Origin: Paraspadella gotoi
Lineage: Eukaryota > Animalia > Chaetognatha
DNA length: 64,000 bases
Assembly (NCBI GenBank): GCA_051294375.1
Contig: CM119263.1
Coordinates: 144,019-208,018 of the forward strand
Reading direction: 5' to 3'
How positions within the stretch are numbered: the stretch's first letter is position 1; each line of letters opens with the position of its first letter. The notes below the pieces were generated by a model. The model was not told the DNA's origin, searched no databases, and worked only from the letters and a program-made list of their open reading frames with translations. Made by a program: the position numbers and the translations under genes. Below, one piece after another: positions 13,248 to 26,449 of this stretch.

Positions 13248-14299
13248 CTCTCTTCTATCCTCTCAAAACCCGTATATCACAAAAGTTGTTTGTGCTTTCA
13301 TCTCTCGCGATGTCGCACTAAAGTGATAAATGTTCGTCTTTTGTTTCCTTTTTTTTTTTGCCTCCGTTTTCCATGCATTCACCGCAGAGGGACATGAACC
13401 GGCTCCGTAGCGTCAAGGGGCGTTATTGGGCGAAACTGGGTCCAAATGTGGAGGAATAATCGTTAGGGATTTCCTATTTTAGGGTAAAAAAGATTATGAT
13501 TTAAAAGTAAATTTAAGGTCAGCTTTGACATCTTTGATTTCGTAAATTTGCAGGGTAGGTACCATCGGGATCGAGCCCTGTAATTATGGGTCACGATATT
13601 ACGCAATGGAACCACCTGGTCACAAATAAAGGTGACATGCTTATTGTGGGGCGAACCTATTGTAATGCCCGACTACAAGTTTCGTGTAATATTTTAATAT
13701 TTTATATAAGTATCTAATGAAATTGGTACAACAATATAAAAATAAATCCATTCATTTAATAAATAAGCTATCTTGTCCCTGACTTTTGGACAGGCTTTAG
13801 TATTTAATAGTTCCTATTTAGTAAACGTCACATTTACTGGCAGCATTCAAAGGAACTAAATGCGCTGGGTTCCACCTCTCGATCCGCTCGTCACATCTCC
13901 ACTGATTGCAGTTTGGAAAAGGACTTTAAGTTGCAGCTTCTGCCAATAATAATATCTTTTTAATTTACTTTCATGTCGATTTCAATTGTGAATTCAACAT
14001 TCTGCAAGCCAATGATTTTTTAAAAAATTGTTTCCGTCGTTTGCGATATTGCATATCAACATTCTGAAAATACTGCTCAGTGTTCAGCGGCATTGTCGTC
14101 AGATCCTGCGATTAAACGCAAACATTTCCCTTCGCAAAACCCTTTTATTGTTGGATGCGGAATGGGAGGCGGGCGGCGGGCGGCGGCGGGCGGCGGGGGC
14201 CGGGGCGGCGGGCGGGGCGGGCGGCCGCGGCGGCGGACTGAGATCGTGTGTTTTGGGGGATAATATTCAACGCANNNNNNNNNNNNNNNNNNNNNNNNN

Positions 14300-15179
14300 T
14301 TAACTTTCTGTAGTCTATTTGCGTTGAACCTTAGGACCGCCCAAGTCAACCGGAATGACCCGCCCTCTTCAAAGATCCTTTGTAAGACAAGGTTAAAAAC
14401 CCATTAGCCGATTTGGATAAAAACTGTGAATGAAGATCTTAGAAATCAACACCATCACCATTCGGTGAACAATGATTGTCGTGAGCCAACTCAATATTTT
14501 GATANNNNNNNNNNNNNNNNNNNNNNNNNNNNNNNNNNNNNNNNNNNNNNNNNNNNNNNNNNNNNNNNNNNNNNNNNNNNNNNNNNNNNNNNNNNNNNNN
14601 NNNNNNNNNNNNNNNNNNNNNNNNNNNNNNNNNNNNNNNNNNNNNNNNNNNNNNNNNNNNNNNNNNNNNNNNNNNNNNNNNNNNNNNNNNNNNNNNNNNN
14701 NNNNNNNNNNNNNNNNNNNNNNNNNNNNNNNNNNNNNNNNNNNNNNNNNNNNNNNNNNNNNNNNTCTCTTCTATCCTCTCAAAACCCGTATATCACAAAA
14801 GTTGTTTCTGCTTTCATCTCTCGCGATGTCGCACTAAAGTGATAAATGTTCGTNNNNNNNNNNGTCCACCCTCTCGATCCGCTCGTCACATCTCCACTGA
14901 TTGCAGTTTGGAAAAGGACTTTAAGTTGCAGCCTTCTGCCAATTAATAATAATCTTTTTAAATTTACTTTCATGTCGATTTCAATTGTGAATTCAACATT
15001 CTGCAAGCCATGATTTTTTAAAAAATTGTTTCCTGTCGTTTGCGATATTGCAATCAACATTCTGAAAATACTGCTCAGTGTTCAGCGCAGCATTGTCGTC
15101 AGATCCTGCGATTAAACGCAAAACATTTCCCTTCGCAAAACCCTTTTATTGTTGGAGCGAATGGGGAAGGCGGGCGGCG

Positions 15180-15214
<35 letters not shown>

Positions 15215-15315
15215 ACTGAGATCGTGTGTTTTGGGGGATAATATTTCAACGCCGTCGAGCTTCGCCTTGGCAGATGAACGACGAGTACAATTTATTTGCG
15301 ATTATATGGGCGGCA
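14300..15315 (+). repeat. Gap-riddled duplicate of about 12930-14275
   Basis: Colinear fragments separated by N runs. Confidence 0.85.
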
Positions 15316-15547
15316 NNNNNNNNNNNNNNNNNNNNNNNNNNNNNNNNNNNNNNNNNNNNNNNNNNNNNNNNNNNNNNNNNNNNNNNNNNNNNNNNNNNNN
15401 NNNNNNNNNNNNNNNNNNNNNNNNNNNNNNNNNNNNNNNNNNNNNNNNNNNNNNNNNNNNNNNNNNNNNNNNNNNNNNNNNNNNNNNNNNNNNNNNNNNN
15501 NNNNNNNNNNNNNNNNNNNNNNNNNNNNNNNNNNNNNNNNNNNNNNN

Positions 15548-15582
<35 letters not shown>

Positions 15583-17039
15583 AGATTTCTTTCGGCTCTT
15601 TAATTGGTCAGCGCGCTTGGGGGTTTGATTAATACAGCGAAGGCGACTTCCTTCAGAATTCATGCGATGGACTTCGAGTCCGGAATGAGGAATGCGGGGA
15701 CTGGGGATTACAGACTGGGGATGACAGACAGGGTATTAGAGACTAGGGATTAGAGACTGGGGATTAAATACTACGGATGACAGACTGGGGATTTTTAACA
15801 GAAGACTGGGTTGTGGAAGAGAAGGGGAATTTTCTTGGGAAAAAAGACAGGGGACAGGGGACAGGGGACAGGGGACAGGGGACAGGGGACAGGGAACAGG
15901 GGACAGGGGACTTGAATCGTTTTTAATGGAAAAGAAGACACCTCAACTTTTTATTATTTTCTTTATCTTAAGCAAAGAGCAAATAAAACAATTATAACTG
16001 GTAATAAACCCTCTTTTGAAGTTTCATCTATCCATCCATCCATCTCTCTATCCATCCATCCTATCTTTCTCTTCCTCTCTCACTTTTCTCTTTTCTTTCC
16101 AGTGATTTATTCAAATATTTCTTGGAAACACGAGAATATTTTATTCGAAGACCGGAATCGCCACTCCTCATTCTACTTCACCCNNNNNNNNNNNNNNNNN
16201 NNNNNNNNNNNNNNNNNNNNNNNNNNNNNNNNNNNNNNNNNNNNNNNNNNNNNNNNNNNNNNNNNNNNNNNNNNNNNNNNNNNNNNNNNNNNNNNNNNNN
16301 NNNNNNNNNNNNNNNNNNNNNNNNNNNNNNNNNNNNNNNNNNNNNNNNNNNNNNNNNNNNNNNNNNNNNNNNNNNNNNNNNNNNNNNNNNNNNNNNNNNN
16401 NNNNNNNNNNNNNNNNNNNNNNNNNNNNNNNNNNNNNNNNNNNNNNNNNNNNNNNNNNNNNNNNNNNNTGGCTACAACCAATAAAACAATTATCCAATTA
16501 TTTAATAAACTATCTTGCGCCAGTCTTTGGACAGCCTATGGTGCCAGTCTTTCTGTCCTGTGTCTGTCTATTATTCTGTCTCTCTGTCAGTTCGCCCTTA
16601 TTTTAGTAATGTAATATTTTAATCCATCGTATCAAGAAATCACAATTGAAAGTCTCGCCCGATCGCGGAACGCTTTTTCGCATTCACACTGTTTGCGCGG
16701 CCAATGGATCCATACCTGATTTCGTCTCTCTCTCCCTTTTTTATTCCTCTGGATTTTGTGTGAGGGGGAATTCCATCTTTAGTGAAGGCGGTCCCAACAA
16801 AGTCTTCGTTTTTTACTAAACTACTTTTCTTTTAAATATTGTGAAAGTTCAGAATACCAAAACGTAATAGATTAAAAGTAAACATGCCCGTAACTTTCTT
16901 TTATCTCATATCGTAATTTTTATATACGTATAAGCTTTAAAAGCAGTTTTGAGTAAGCGGTAAGTTAATTAAAAATAGCAATATTAAATTAGATAACTAC
17001 ATCTCGTCTTGCCTTTTACTCTTCTAAACTTCTTTCCTC

Positions 17040-17660
17040 TGCTCTTTTTCTTGTCCTTCCTTTTCTTTTTTTCTTTCTTCCGCTCCTTTCCTCCTTTCTT
17101 CTATTCCTTTCCTTTCCTCCTTTCCTCTATTCCTTTCCTCCTTTCCTTTATTCCTTTCCTTTCCTCCTTTCCTCTATTCCTTTCCTTTCCTCCTTTCTCT
17201 ATTCCTCTCCTTTCCTCCTTTCTTCTATTCCTTTCCTTTCCTTCTTTCCTTTATTCCTTTCCTTTCCTCCACTCCTCTATTTCTTTCCTTTCCTCCTTTC
17301 CTCTATTCCTTCCCTTTTCTCATTTCCTCTATTCCTTACCTTTCCTCCTTTCCTCTATTCCTTTACTTTCCTCCTTTCCTCTATTCCTTTCCTTTCATTC
17401 TTTTCTCTATTCCTTTCCTTTCCTTCTTTCCTCTATTCCTTACCTTTCCTCCTTTCATTTATTCCTTTTCTTTCCTCCTTTCCTCTATTCCTTTCCTTTC
17501 CTTCTTTCCTCTATTCCTTTCCTTTTCTCCTTTCCTCTATTCCTTTCCTTTTCTCCTTTCCTCTATTCCTTTCTTTTCCTCCTTTCCTCTATTCCTTTCC
17601 TTTCCTCCTTTTCTCTATTCCTTTCTTTTCCTCCTTTCCTCTATTCCTTTCCTTTCCTCC
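17040..17660. repeat. Pyrimidine-rich higher-order simple repeat
   Basis: Iterated TTCCTCTATTCCTTTCCTTTCCTCC variants. Confidence 0.85.
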
Positions 17661-18674
17661 ATTTCTGCCCCACTCCGATTCGTTCCTTCTTGGCCTTTGG
17701 CCTCGCGGAACCCCGAGAGGTCCTCCGAAGAGAGAGGTTCGAATAAAAGGAGATAAGAGATAGAGAAGAAGAAAAAAGAAAAAAAAAAACTGAAGAAAAA
17801 AAGAGAAAAAAAAAAAGAAATAAAAAGGAAATAAAAAGGAGAGAAACGAATTGAGAGAAGAAGGAAAATCGTTTTGTCTTAATTATGGGTCATTATCGAA
17901 TCCTCGGCGCCGCCCATCGATTTTACGAGGCCGTTGGCGAATTCCGGTGACGCCATCTAGAGATTTGTCGAAAAATCCTCTCGGCCATCTGTGGATTAAA
18001 TGGCGCGGCGTTTTTATTGAATGCCATTGATAAATTGCCAGATGAAACATCTCTCGAATTCGCCATCTGTCACATGTTATGGCAAATTTCAACGCCATTT
18101 ATCGATATTTAAGAATGCCATTCCTTTCATTTATCGGCGAAAAAAGAACGCTAACCCTTTTACACAACCGCCCCCCACGTCTCACGTCTCGCCCTTTCTT
18201 CTCCCTTCCTTCCGCATTTCACAACCTTTGACCCATTCACGCCTCTCTCTCACTCTCTTACTCTCTCTCACTCTCATCGCTTCCTTTAACCCTTTCACCA
18301 CACTAGACGATTGGCAGAAGTTCTTCCTTTTTCATTCTGTTTAACTAACTCTCAACTTAGCAACCAACTTTTGTTTCATCTCAATACTTAATATGTAAAA
18401 TAATATAAATTGTTTGTTTCACCGTCAGTTTTTTTATTTCAGTACATGTCAATAAAATAAAACAAAACATTATTTTTAGAGATATTTCTCAAAGGTGCCT
18501 AACAAAAGATGTATTATGTTATGTTATGCATCTTTAAAGGAGACAGATGTCTCCGAAGATCAATACTTGTTTAAAAATAAAAAAAAATGCTATCTCCAGA
18601 AATATTTTTATTTTATATCATTAGCATGTAAAGACCAAATTAATCCCTTATCTACTTATAATTATGATATTTAA

Positions 18675-18920
18675 GTGACCGAGAGGAGAGGGGGTCGCCC
18701 GGTCGCCATGCCTCTCTGTGAACGTGGATAAGCCCCACACTTAGTGTGCCCAGTGGGTCTCAGAGAATTTTCCGTCAGTTGCCTTGCTTTCCGGAACTTC
18801 GGATCCGGACCTTCAATCTTTTTGCAAGGGGTGTTCCATCCAGGGCTAGAACCCATAAACATTGGGCTCAGACATGAAGCATTGGTCTAGTGGGCTATCA
18901 GGGCGCTGAGGTAAGGAACA
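18675..18920 (-). mobile_element. tRNA-derived SINE (internally deleted copy)
   Basis: Reverse complement of 20372-20668; B-box GGTTCTAGCCC and core CGGATCCGAAGTTCCGGAAAGCAAGGC. Confidence 0.75.
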
Positions 18921-20371
18921 GTCGTATCCAACGGGTAGTGATATTACATCACTACAATATATCTAATAATATATCTACCATACATCTACTCACACTAACA
19001 ACCACCTAAAACCCCCTTCTCAGAACCACCTTCTTCTTTCACGACAAATACTTTGCTCCGTTTTCGACTTTTACTACGAAATCTGGAGGGAAAAACAGGA
19101 TCGATGAGTCACAGGGTCGAATCCCGGGAGGGGGTGGTGGGGGAAGCCGGATGTGCATTCCTTCACGCTTCTTTCTTATCTTTTATCTCTCTCTCTGTCT
19201 TTACTATTAAATTCTATGTTTCTTCTCTCTCTATCTTCTCTCTCTCTCTCCTCTCTCTCTTCTTCTCTCTCTCTCTCCTCTCTCTCTCTCCTCTCTCGCT
19301 CTAAACTCTCCCTTTTCTGTCGATCAAGTTAAGATAGAAATACCACGAAGTGGTTTTACGATTCTTTTCAAATGCCTCAATCATTGAATCGGTTGTAAAC
19401 ATTGGGGGATGTCTCTGCTCCTTCTCCCTCTCTCTCTCTCTCTCTTCTTCTCATCTCTCTCTCTCTCTCCTCTCTCTCTCTCATTTCCATATGGTTTTCC
19501 CTTTTGAATCGGGGATGATCCCTTTTGAATTTTGCCGCCACGTACGAAGACGAAATCATAGGAAATGATGCCATCGTCGACGATATTCGAAAGTGAGGCT
19601 CGGAATCCACGTCATCAAGAATGAAATATGGCTGAGGGTAACAGCGCGGCGGCGGCGGCTGCGGGGCGGCAGCGGCAGCGGTGGCGGAGGCGGTGGCGGC
19701 AGCGGTGGCCGCAGCGGCGGCTTAAAAAATTTGAGAGGAAATCTCGGCGGAGATTGGCAGAAACAAAGTCCGCCCTCTGGATTAAAAGCGAATAGGTTAA
19801 TGGGGTGCGGTTCGCGGAAAAGGGTTCCCAATTTGGGGGGGGGGTGGAGGAGTAGAAAGAGGAAGAAGAAGAGGAGGAGGAGGAGGAGGAGGAAAGAATT
19901 GCTCCGAAAATTCGATAGATTAAGGATAAAAAGAGAAAAATATGATAGAAAGAAAATGAAAAAAAAAGGTTGAAAGACGAAAATCGAGAGAACGCGTGAG
20001 CAATAACCAAAGTAGAGTTGATTAAAAAAAAGGAGGAAAAAGGAAAGGAAAGAAAAAAAGAAAAGAAAAGGAAAGGAAAGGAAAAAGGAAAGGAGAGAAA
20101 AAAGAAAGGAAAAATGAAAGTAAAGGGGTTAAACCGATTTAGGATTCATTTCGGCGAAAATTGTGGCGTGACCTACAAAGGCTTTGTACATTGTTACGGC
20201 TTATGACAAATCTAATGCAGTGAATGATGAATTCTATTAAAAACTAAAGAACACTCCCTTAAGTATCTAATAAATCGTTCATGATATTTGACTATGGAAC
20301 ACCTTAAAATGTCGTTAAAACTAAATATACATTTATATATATATATATATATATATTTATAAATATATTTA

Positions 20372-20668
20372 CACTGGGCTAATGCTTCATCTCCGAACCC
20401 AATGGTCACGGGTTCTAGCCCTGGTCGAAACAGTCCTTGCAAAAAGTGACGGGCCGGTAAAACCACCGGTAGCAAGCCTACCGCCGGATCCGAAGTTCCG
20501 GAAAGCAAGGCAAATATCTCCCAGATAGGCGGACCGAGGAAGGAGCAAGGCATAAACCTGGAGACCATTTTCCAAATTATAACATTGTGCTGACTCACTG
20601 GGAACACTAAGTGTGGAGGCTATACACACTCACAGAGAGGCATAGCGACCCTCTCTCCTCTCGGTCAG
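20372..20668 (+). mobile_element. tRNA-derived SINE
   Basis: tRNA-like head with B-box GGTTCTAGCCC; body and tail shared with 18675-18920. Confidence 0.75.
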
Positions 20669-20834
20669 ATTTTCTCATATACTATAATACGTACCAATTT
20701 CATAGTAAATAATCTATAAGTAATATACATAGTATATTGGTATATATATAGTATATATAATCCAGTCAAATCTTCTCTTTCTTTTCGGCGTCAAAAATAA
20801 CAGAAATCGAAAGCGAAAAAAAAGTTAAAAAACG

Positions 20835-21918
20835 AAAAAGGAATTTGGTTTAGATGAAATCGGAGATGAAAAGTCGGGAATTTGGTTGAGANNNNNNNNN
20901 NNNNNNNNNNNNNNNNNNNNNNNNNNNNNNNNNNNNNNNNNNNNNNNNNNNNNNNNNNNNNNNNNNNNNNNNNNNNNNNNNNNNNNNNNNNNNNNNNNNN
21001 NNNNNNNNNNNNNNNNNNNNNNNNNNNNNNNNNNNNNNNNNNNNNNNNNNNNNNNNNNNNNNNNNNNNNNNNNNNNNNNNNNNNNNNNNNNNNNNNNNNN
21101 NNNNNNNNNNNNNNNNNNNNNNNNNNNNNNNNNNNNNNNNNNNNNNNNNNNNNNNNNNNNNNNNNNNNNNNNNNNNATTTGGTTGAGATGAAATCGGAGA
21201 TGAAAAGTCGAGAATTCGGTTGAGATGAAAAGTCGGGAATTTGGTTGAGATGAAATCGGAGNNNNNNNNNNNNNNNNNNNNNNNNNNNNNNNNNNNNNNN
21301 NNNNNNNNNNNNNNNNNNNNNNNNNNNNNNNNNNNNNNNNNNNNNNNNNNNNNNNNNNNNNNNNNNNNNNNNNNNNNNNNNNNNNNNNNNNNNNNNNNNN
21401 NNNNNNNNNNNNNNNNNNNNNNNNNNNNNNNNNNNNNNNNNNNNNNNNNNNNNNNNNNNNNNNNNNNNNNNNNNNNNNNNNNNNNNNNNNNNNNNNNNNN
21501 NNNNNNNNNNNNNNNNNNNNNNNNNNNNNNNNNNNNNNNNNNNNNNNNNNNNNNNNNNNNNNNNNNNNNNNNNNNNNNNNNNNNNNNNNNNNNNNNNNNN
21601 NNNNNNNNNNNNNNNNNNNNNNNNNNNNNNNNNNNNNNNNNNNNNNNNNNNNNNNNNNNNNNNNNNNNNNNNNNNNNNNNNNNNNNNNNNNNNNNNNNNN
21701 NNNNNNNNNNNNNNNNNNNNNNNNNNNNNNNNNNNNNNNNNNNNNNNNNNNNNNNNNNNNNNNNNNNNNNNNNNNNNNNNNNNNNNNNNNNNNNNNNNNN
21801 NNNNNNNNNNNNNNNNNNNNNNNNNNNNNNNNNNNNNNNNNNNNNNNNNNNNNNNNNNNNNNNNNNNNNNNNNNNNNNNTTTGGTTGAGATGAAATCGGA
21901 GATGAAAAGTCGGGAATT
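20835..21918. repeat. Approx. 37-bp satellite flanking N gaps
   Basis: TTGGTTGAGATGAAATCGGAGATGAAAAGTCGGGAAT at every gap edge. Confidence 0.85.
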
Positions 21919-22186
21919 TCCTCGCGCCATAAAATCTATAACGACCTCACATTGGGGTGGGAGTCTGGAGCAACGAAGTCTTTGAGTATGATTATAGCAT
22001 CGGTGCTTTGAGAGAGAAAAGATCTTCTAAAGGATATTCGTGGAAAGGCTGGACTAACCTAAATAATCTCAAGAACTACTCTTGGTCTACTCTTGGTCCT
22101 CACCACGAGATCAAAACTGGTCGCGTTAGTTTAAACATTTCAGAAATCGACACCCAACTCATTGTACATTATTATTAAATATTAAA

Positions 22187-22847
22187 TTAAACTTTGAAAA
22201 AGTTATGACTCCGAATCCCGAAAGGATTGACAACGGTCAGTATCCACGGCTTCGCGTTGTTTTCCTTCGAATATTCTCTGCCTAACCTCAAATCCCAAAG
22301 AATGTCCTTGGATACGATCACCCTGTGGAAGCTGATCTCTCGCAAGACGCCATAGATCATAAGTATTTCGTCGACGAAGAATCCGTTCGTCGCGTCTTCC
22401 GCGATGTTGATGTGATCCATGTGATTAAACAGGACATATTCCGGACCGGAAACGTCCAGTAGGCACCGCTGCCACTTACTGAGCCTCTTGTGGTTTCGCT
22501 CGATCTATTTAAACGCTTCCGGCTCGAGCAGTTCGTCGGAACGGAGGCCCTTCAAACGAGTCAGTGGAAAATTCTGCGTCGTATTTCGTCCGGATTTTGT
22601 ATTAGCGGCGCCAGTTCTCGATTTTGATCGCTGCTAATGACGCCGGATCCGAGGGAGGGAGACACAGTGGGCGATCCAGGAGACAAAGGCCTGTGTCCAC
22701 AATCGGATCGAGAAATGAACTGAAGAATCGACGGGGAAAATCCGAGATGAATTCTAAGACTTGAAACTGAAAAATTCGACGAGAACAAATAGTAGAGCGG
22801 GTTTCCCGAGACAAGTCGTTTAAACGGGAGAGTCGCGAAAGTGCCAT
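22187..22847 (-). pseudogene. Intronless disrupted ORF of unknown family (about 220 codons)
   Basis: ORFs 22602-22847 and 22187-22420 join into one protein-like frame across two stops and one +1 G insertion; non-repetitive sequence with GC above background. Confidence 0.4.
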
Positions 22848-23100
22848 TATACAACAGTTATAAACTAGAAAATGTAAATTAATAATTATTTAGGACGATG
22901 CAAATTAACAAAATCAGCGAATCAATAGTTTAACGCTCCATGAGTTTTGATTCGAATTTGTCTTCAATGAACTCTTTAGAATCATCATAAACGAATTTTA
23001 GCCGCAAAATTTTTTTCCCCTTTGAGTTTAACTTAATGATTAGGACGGCAAAAGTTTTTAATTGTTAACAAACAACAACATTTCTTTTTTTGACATAAAC

Positions 23101-23160
23101 ATGAGACAATTGGGACATGTTTCGGATTTGATACAAGTCTTCATCAGTGAAAAAGACTCT
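23101..23160 (-). ncRNA. Degenerate minimal type-I hammerhead ribozyme motif (Penelope-type)
   Basis: CTGATGA-A-GACTTG..CAAATC-C-GAAA-CATG-TC with palindromic helix III; helix I not evident. Confidence 0.5.
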
Positions 23161-23701
23161 TTTTGCGCTCTTATATCAAAGGCGAAATATATTTAGTTTT
23201 GTAAAAAAAAAAAAGGTTTTGAGGAACAGAAGGGCCTCCTTGTTCTTGTCCTCCTTGTCCTTGTCATTGTCCTCCTTTTCCTTGTACCCCTTGTCCTCCT
23301 TGTCCTTGTCCTCCTGGAAGTAGATTCCTCGGGCTTGGCCTTTGTCGTGGTGATGGCGGCGGGTCCAAAGACGAGTCCTGGCGTTTCTGGAAAAGAGACT
23401 GAGATTCGAATTTAAGAAATGAACAAATGAACAGTAGACGCGTCGGTTTCGCTCCGGCTTGACTTTCCCTTTAATTCTTTTATTTTCTGGGGCATGTCTA
23501 CTGATTGTGGATTGGGCAATGGGCATGCCTCTTTCATGCTATATATTCCATGTTTTTACAGTAAAGGCTAGAGAAAGTTTGATTTGGAATGTGACGATCG
23601 GTTTTAAAGGCTTTGGACTAAAACTTCTTCGCGTTTTTCTCTCACTCAGAAAATAAGCAACTTCCAAAAGTCTCACATTCAGGATGGGACTCGAAATCTT
23701 A

Positions 23702-23770
<69 letters not shown>

Positions 23771-24086
23771 AGATTAGAATGAGAGCTTTTACCTCACAGG
23801 TCCAGGTCAGGGCGGTAAGCGAGAGATCTCTTTCAGTCTCGTTCTTTATCTCTTTCTCTTGTCTCGCTCCCTCTCTGTCTCTCTCATTCCTCTCTCTATC
23901 TCCTTCCGGTCAGGGTGAAAACGCGTGAGGGCGCTGGGGTCGCCTTCCAAAGTCGGTCGACTTCAAAACTAAAAGACGAATTAATGCAGAGTCTGGATCA
24001 TTCTTAACCGGAAGAAGATTTATCAATTTAATGGCTGATCGTTTTTTGAATGCTTAATAATTATTAAATCAGCTTACAAGAGAGAT

Positions 24087-24167
<81 letters not shown>

Positions 24168-24325
24168 TTGAAAGAAAACGTCTACTGGAGCCATTTTCTA
24201 GTCCGGTTTTGAGACAATGTGGCGCATAACTTTCCTGAAAATCTCTTTTTTGGGTCAGGCTAATAGCGTTGAGGAAAATTACGAGAGAGAGAGAGAGGGA
24301 GAGATGGAGAGAGCGAGAGAGAGGA

Positions 24326-24379
<54 letters not shown>

Positions 24380-25101
24380 AAGAGCAGGTGTCACGGTTTT
24401 CTCTCCTTAAAAGTCCTTGATTCAGCTTTATTCAAAGAACCAAACCCTCGCCATTTGTGTGGTGAGCTCACCGAGGAAAGATAGAGAAAAAGTCCAACTA
24501 AATATTTCGAAATAAATCAACTTTGAACTTCATAAAAAATGAAGATGGATTTCACCAAATTTTACTAAAATAAAGATGGACTGATGAAGGAGGACTCGAT
24601 CCAGCTCTGGCTTAACAATGATCGAGTGTGGCTTCCAACTTTCGCTGCAGAAGAATTGATTCTCTTTTAATTCAGTGGAAATAATCGTGCGAGACAAAAA
24701 TGTCCTAATTTTATTTACTGACTCTTACACACGACGGTCAAATTAAAACCGACATAGAGCAAGAATTTGAGTTTTTAGATTTTTTTTATTAATCACAATT
24801 TCGGGAATTTAAACAGAAAAAGTGTTAATTAGTTACAAGGATTGCCCAACACATAAAATGTCATTGTAGAAGGCGATTCGATGATTTGACTAAGCTATCA
24901 AATCTTAAAAAAGTATATATATATATATATAAATATTTGGATTAAAATGATCAATGCGTTTTGATTTACAAATTTAGTTATCAAAGACCAGATGAGGATC
25001 TCTCGCTTTTCTTCCCTTCTGCCCCCCTCGTGCCCCCGACCTCGCCCCCCCCTCGTGGCTCATCTTTCGATCCCCGGCGAACGATGGTCATCGCGTCAAC
25101 C

Positions 25102-25375
25102 TTGGCATTGCAATTGGGCATTGCAAATTGAGCATTGCAATTGGGCATTGCATATTGAGCATTGCAATTGGGCATTGCAAATTGAGCATTGCAATTGGGC
25201 GTTGCAAATTGAGCATTGCGATTGGGCATTGCAAATTGAGCATTGCAATTAGCGTTGCAAATTGAGCATTGCAATTGGGCATTACGATTTGGCATTGCAG
25301 TTGGGCATTACGATTTGGCATTTTAATTGGGAATTCCAAATTGGACAAATTGGTCATTGCGATTGGGCATCGCAG
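25102..25375. repeat. Palindrome-rich 13/14-bp tandem repeat
   Basis: Alternating GCATTGCAATTGG and GCATTGCAAATTGA. Confidence 0.9.
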
Positions 25376-25486
25376 TTGTGCTTCTCTCTCTGCTTCCGTA
25401 ATTCAGAGTAAAAAAAGCGACTAATTAAATATTCAGTCATTTCTTTCGTTTTTCTTGTTCTCCCTCTTGTCTCTCGCTCCCTTTCC

Positions 25487-25537
<51 letters not shown>

Positions 25538-25950
25538 TCTTTTTTTTGTTTTTCCTTTGGGATTCACGACTGCATAATTTATTTTCTTTTCATTCTTTCC
25601 TTCTCTTCTTTTTTTTCCTGTTTCTCTTTTTCTTTCCTTTTTATTTTCCTTTCCTTTTTCTTTTTTTTCTTTTTATTTTCCTTTCTTTTTTTTTCTTTTT
25701 ATTTTCCTTTCCTTTTGTCTCTCGTTAATTTGTTTCCCTTCCCCTTCTCGCGAGGGAACGAAGGAACGCGTTGAGTTTTTAGTCTTTTACGCTTTTTTTT
25801 AAACGAAATATTTATTTATAAGTGACTTTTGTTTTTTTTCTAGAGCCTCGTTATCGCGAGTCATTGGTGGACAATAAATGATTTGTAGGAAAAAGGGGAT
25901 TAGTTAAATGATAGAACTTTTGGTTTGCTTTACTTCTGTTTTTGTTTCTC

Positions 25951-25984
<34 letters not shown>

Positions 25985-26385
25985 CCTCTCTCTCTCAAAG
26001 AGCTCAACGAAACGCAACAATAAACAGATGCTTTTCCCAATGACATCCTCACCGCAGTTTTACCGCTTTCATTCTTAACCCAACTTCTCAGGTGGCGTGG
26101 CGAAGGTGGCGTAGCAATGTGGTGTGGCGAAGGTGGCGTAGCAAGGTGGCGTGGTAAAGTAGCGTGGAAAAGGTAGCGTGGCATGGTGGCGTAGCAATTT
26201 GGCGTTGTAAGGTGGCGTGGCATGGCGTGCCGTGGCGTGGCATCGCTTGGCGTGGCGTTCATCCTTTCATAAATATCCGAATCGCACGTGCGAGAATCTC
26301 GACCTTCGCTTCTTTCAAAAAACAAACTCTGGTGGAACCGAGACGAACAAAAGGCAAAAGTCAATTGATGATCGGCAAACAAAAG

Positions 26386-26449
<64 letters not shown>

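Noticed and set aside
12930-15315. Second local duplication
   Set aside because: Fragmented by gaps and near-identical; likely an assembly artefact.
279-21930. Numerous ORF-track entries rich in SLSL, RERE, FFF or X
   Set aside because: They are translations of (AG)n or purine tracts and N gaps, not proteins.
24575-24620. CTGATGA as a hammerhead core
   Set aside because: No downstream GAAA/helix III; the same applies to CTGATGA near 32365 and 39610.
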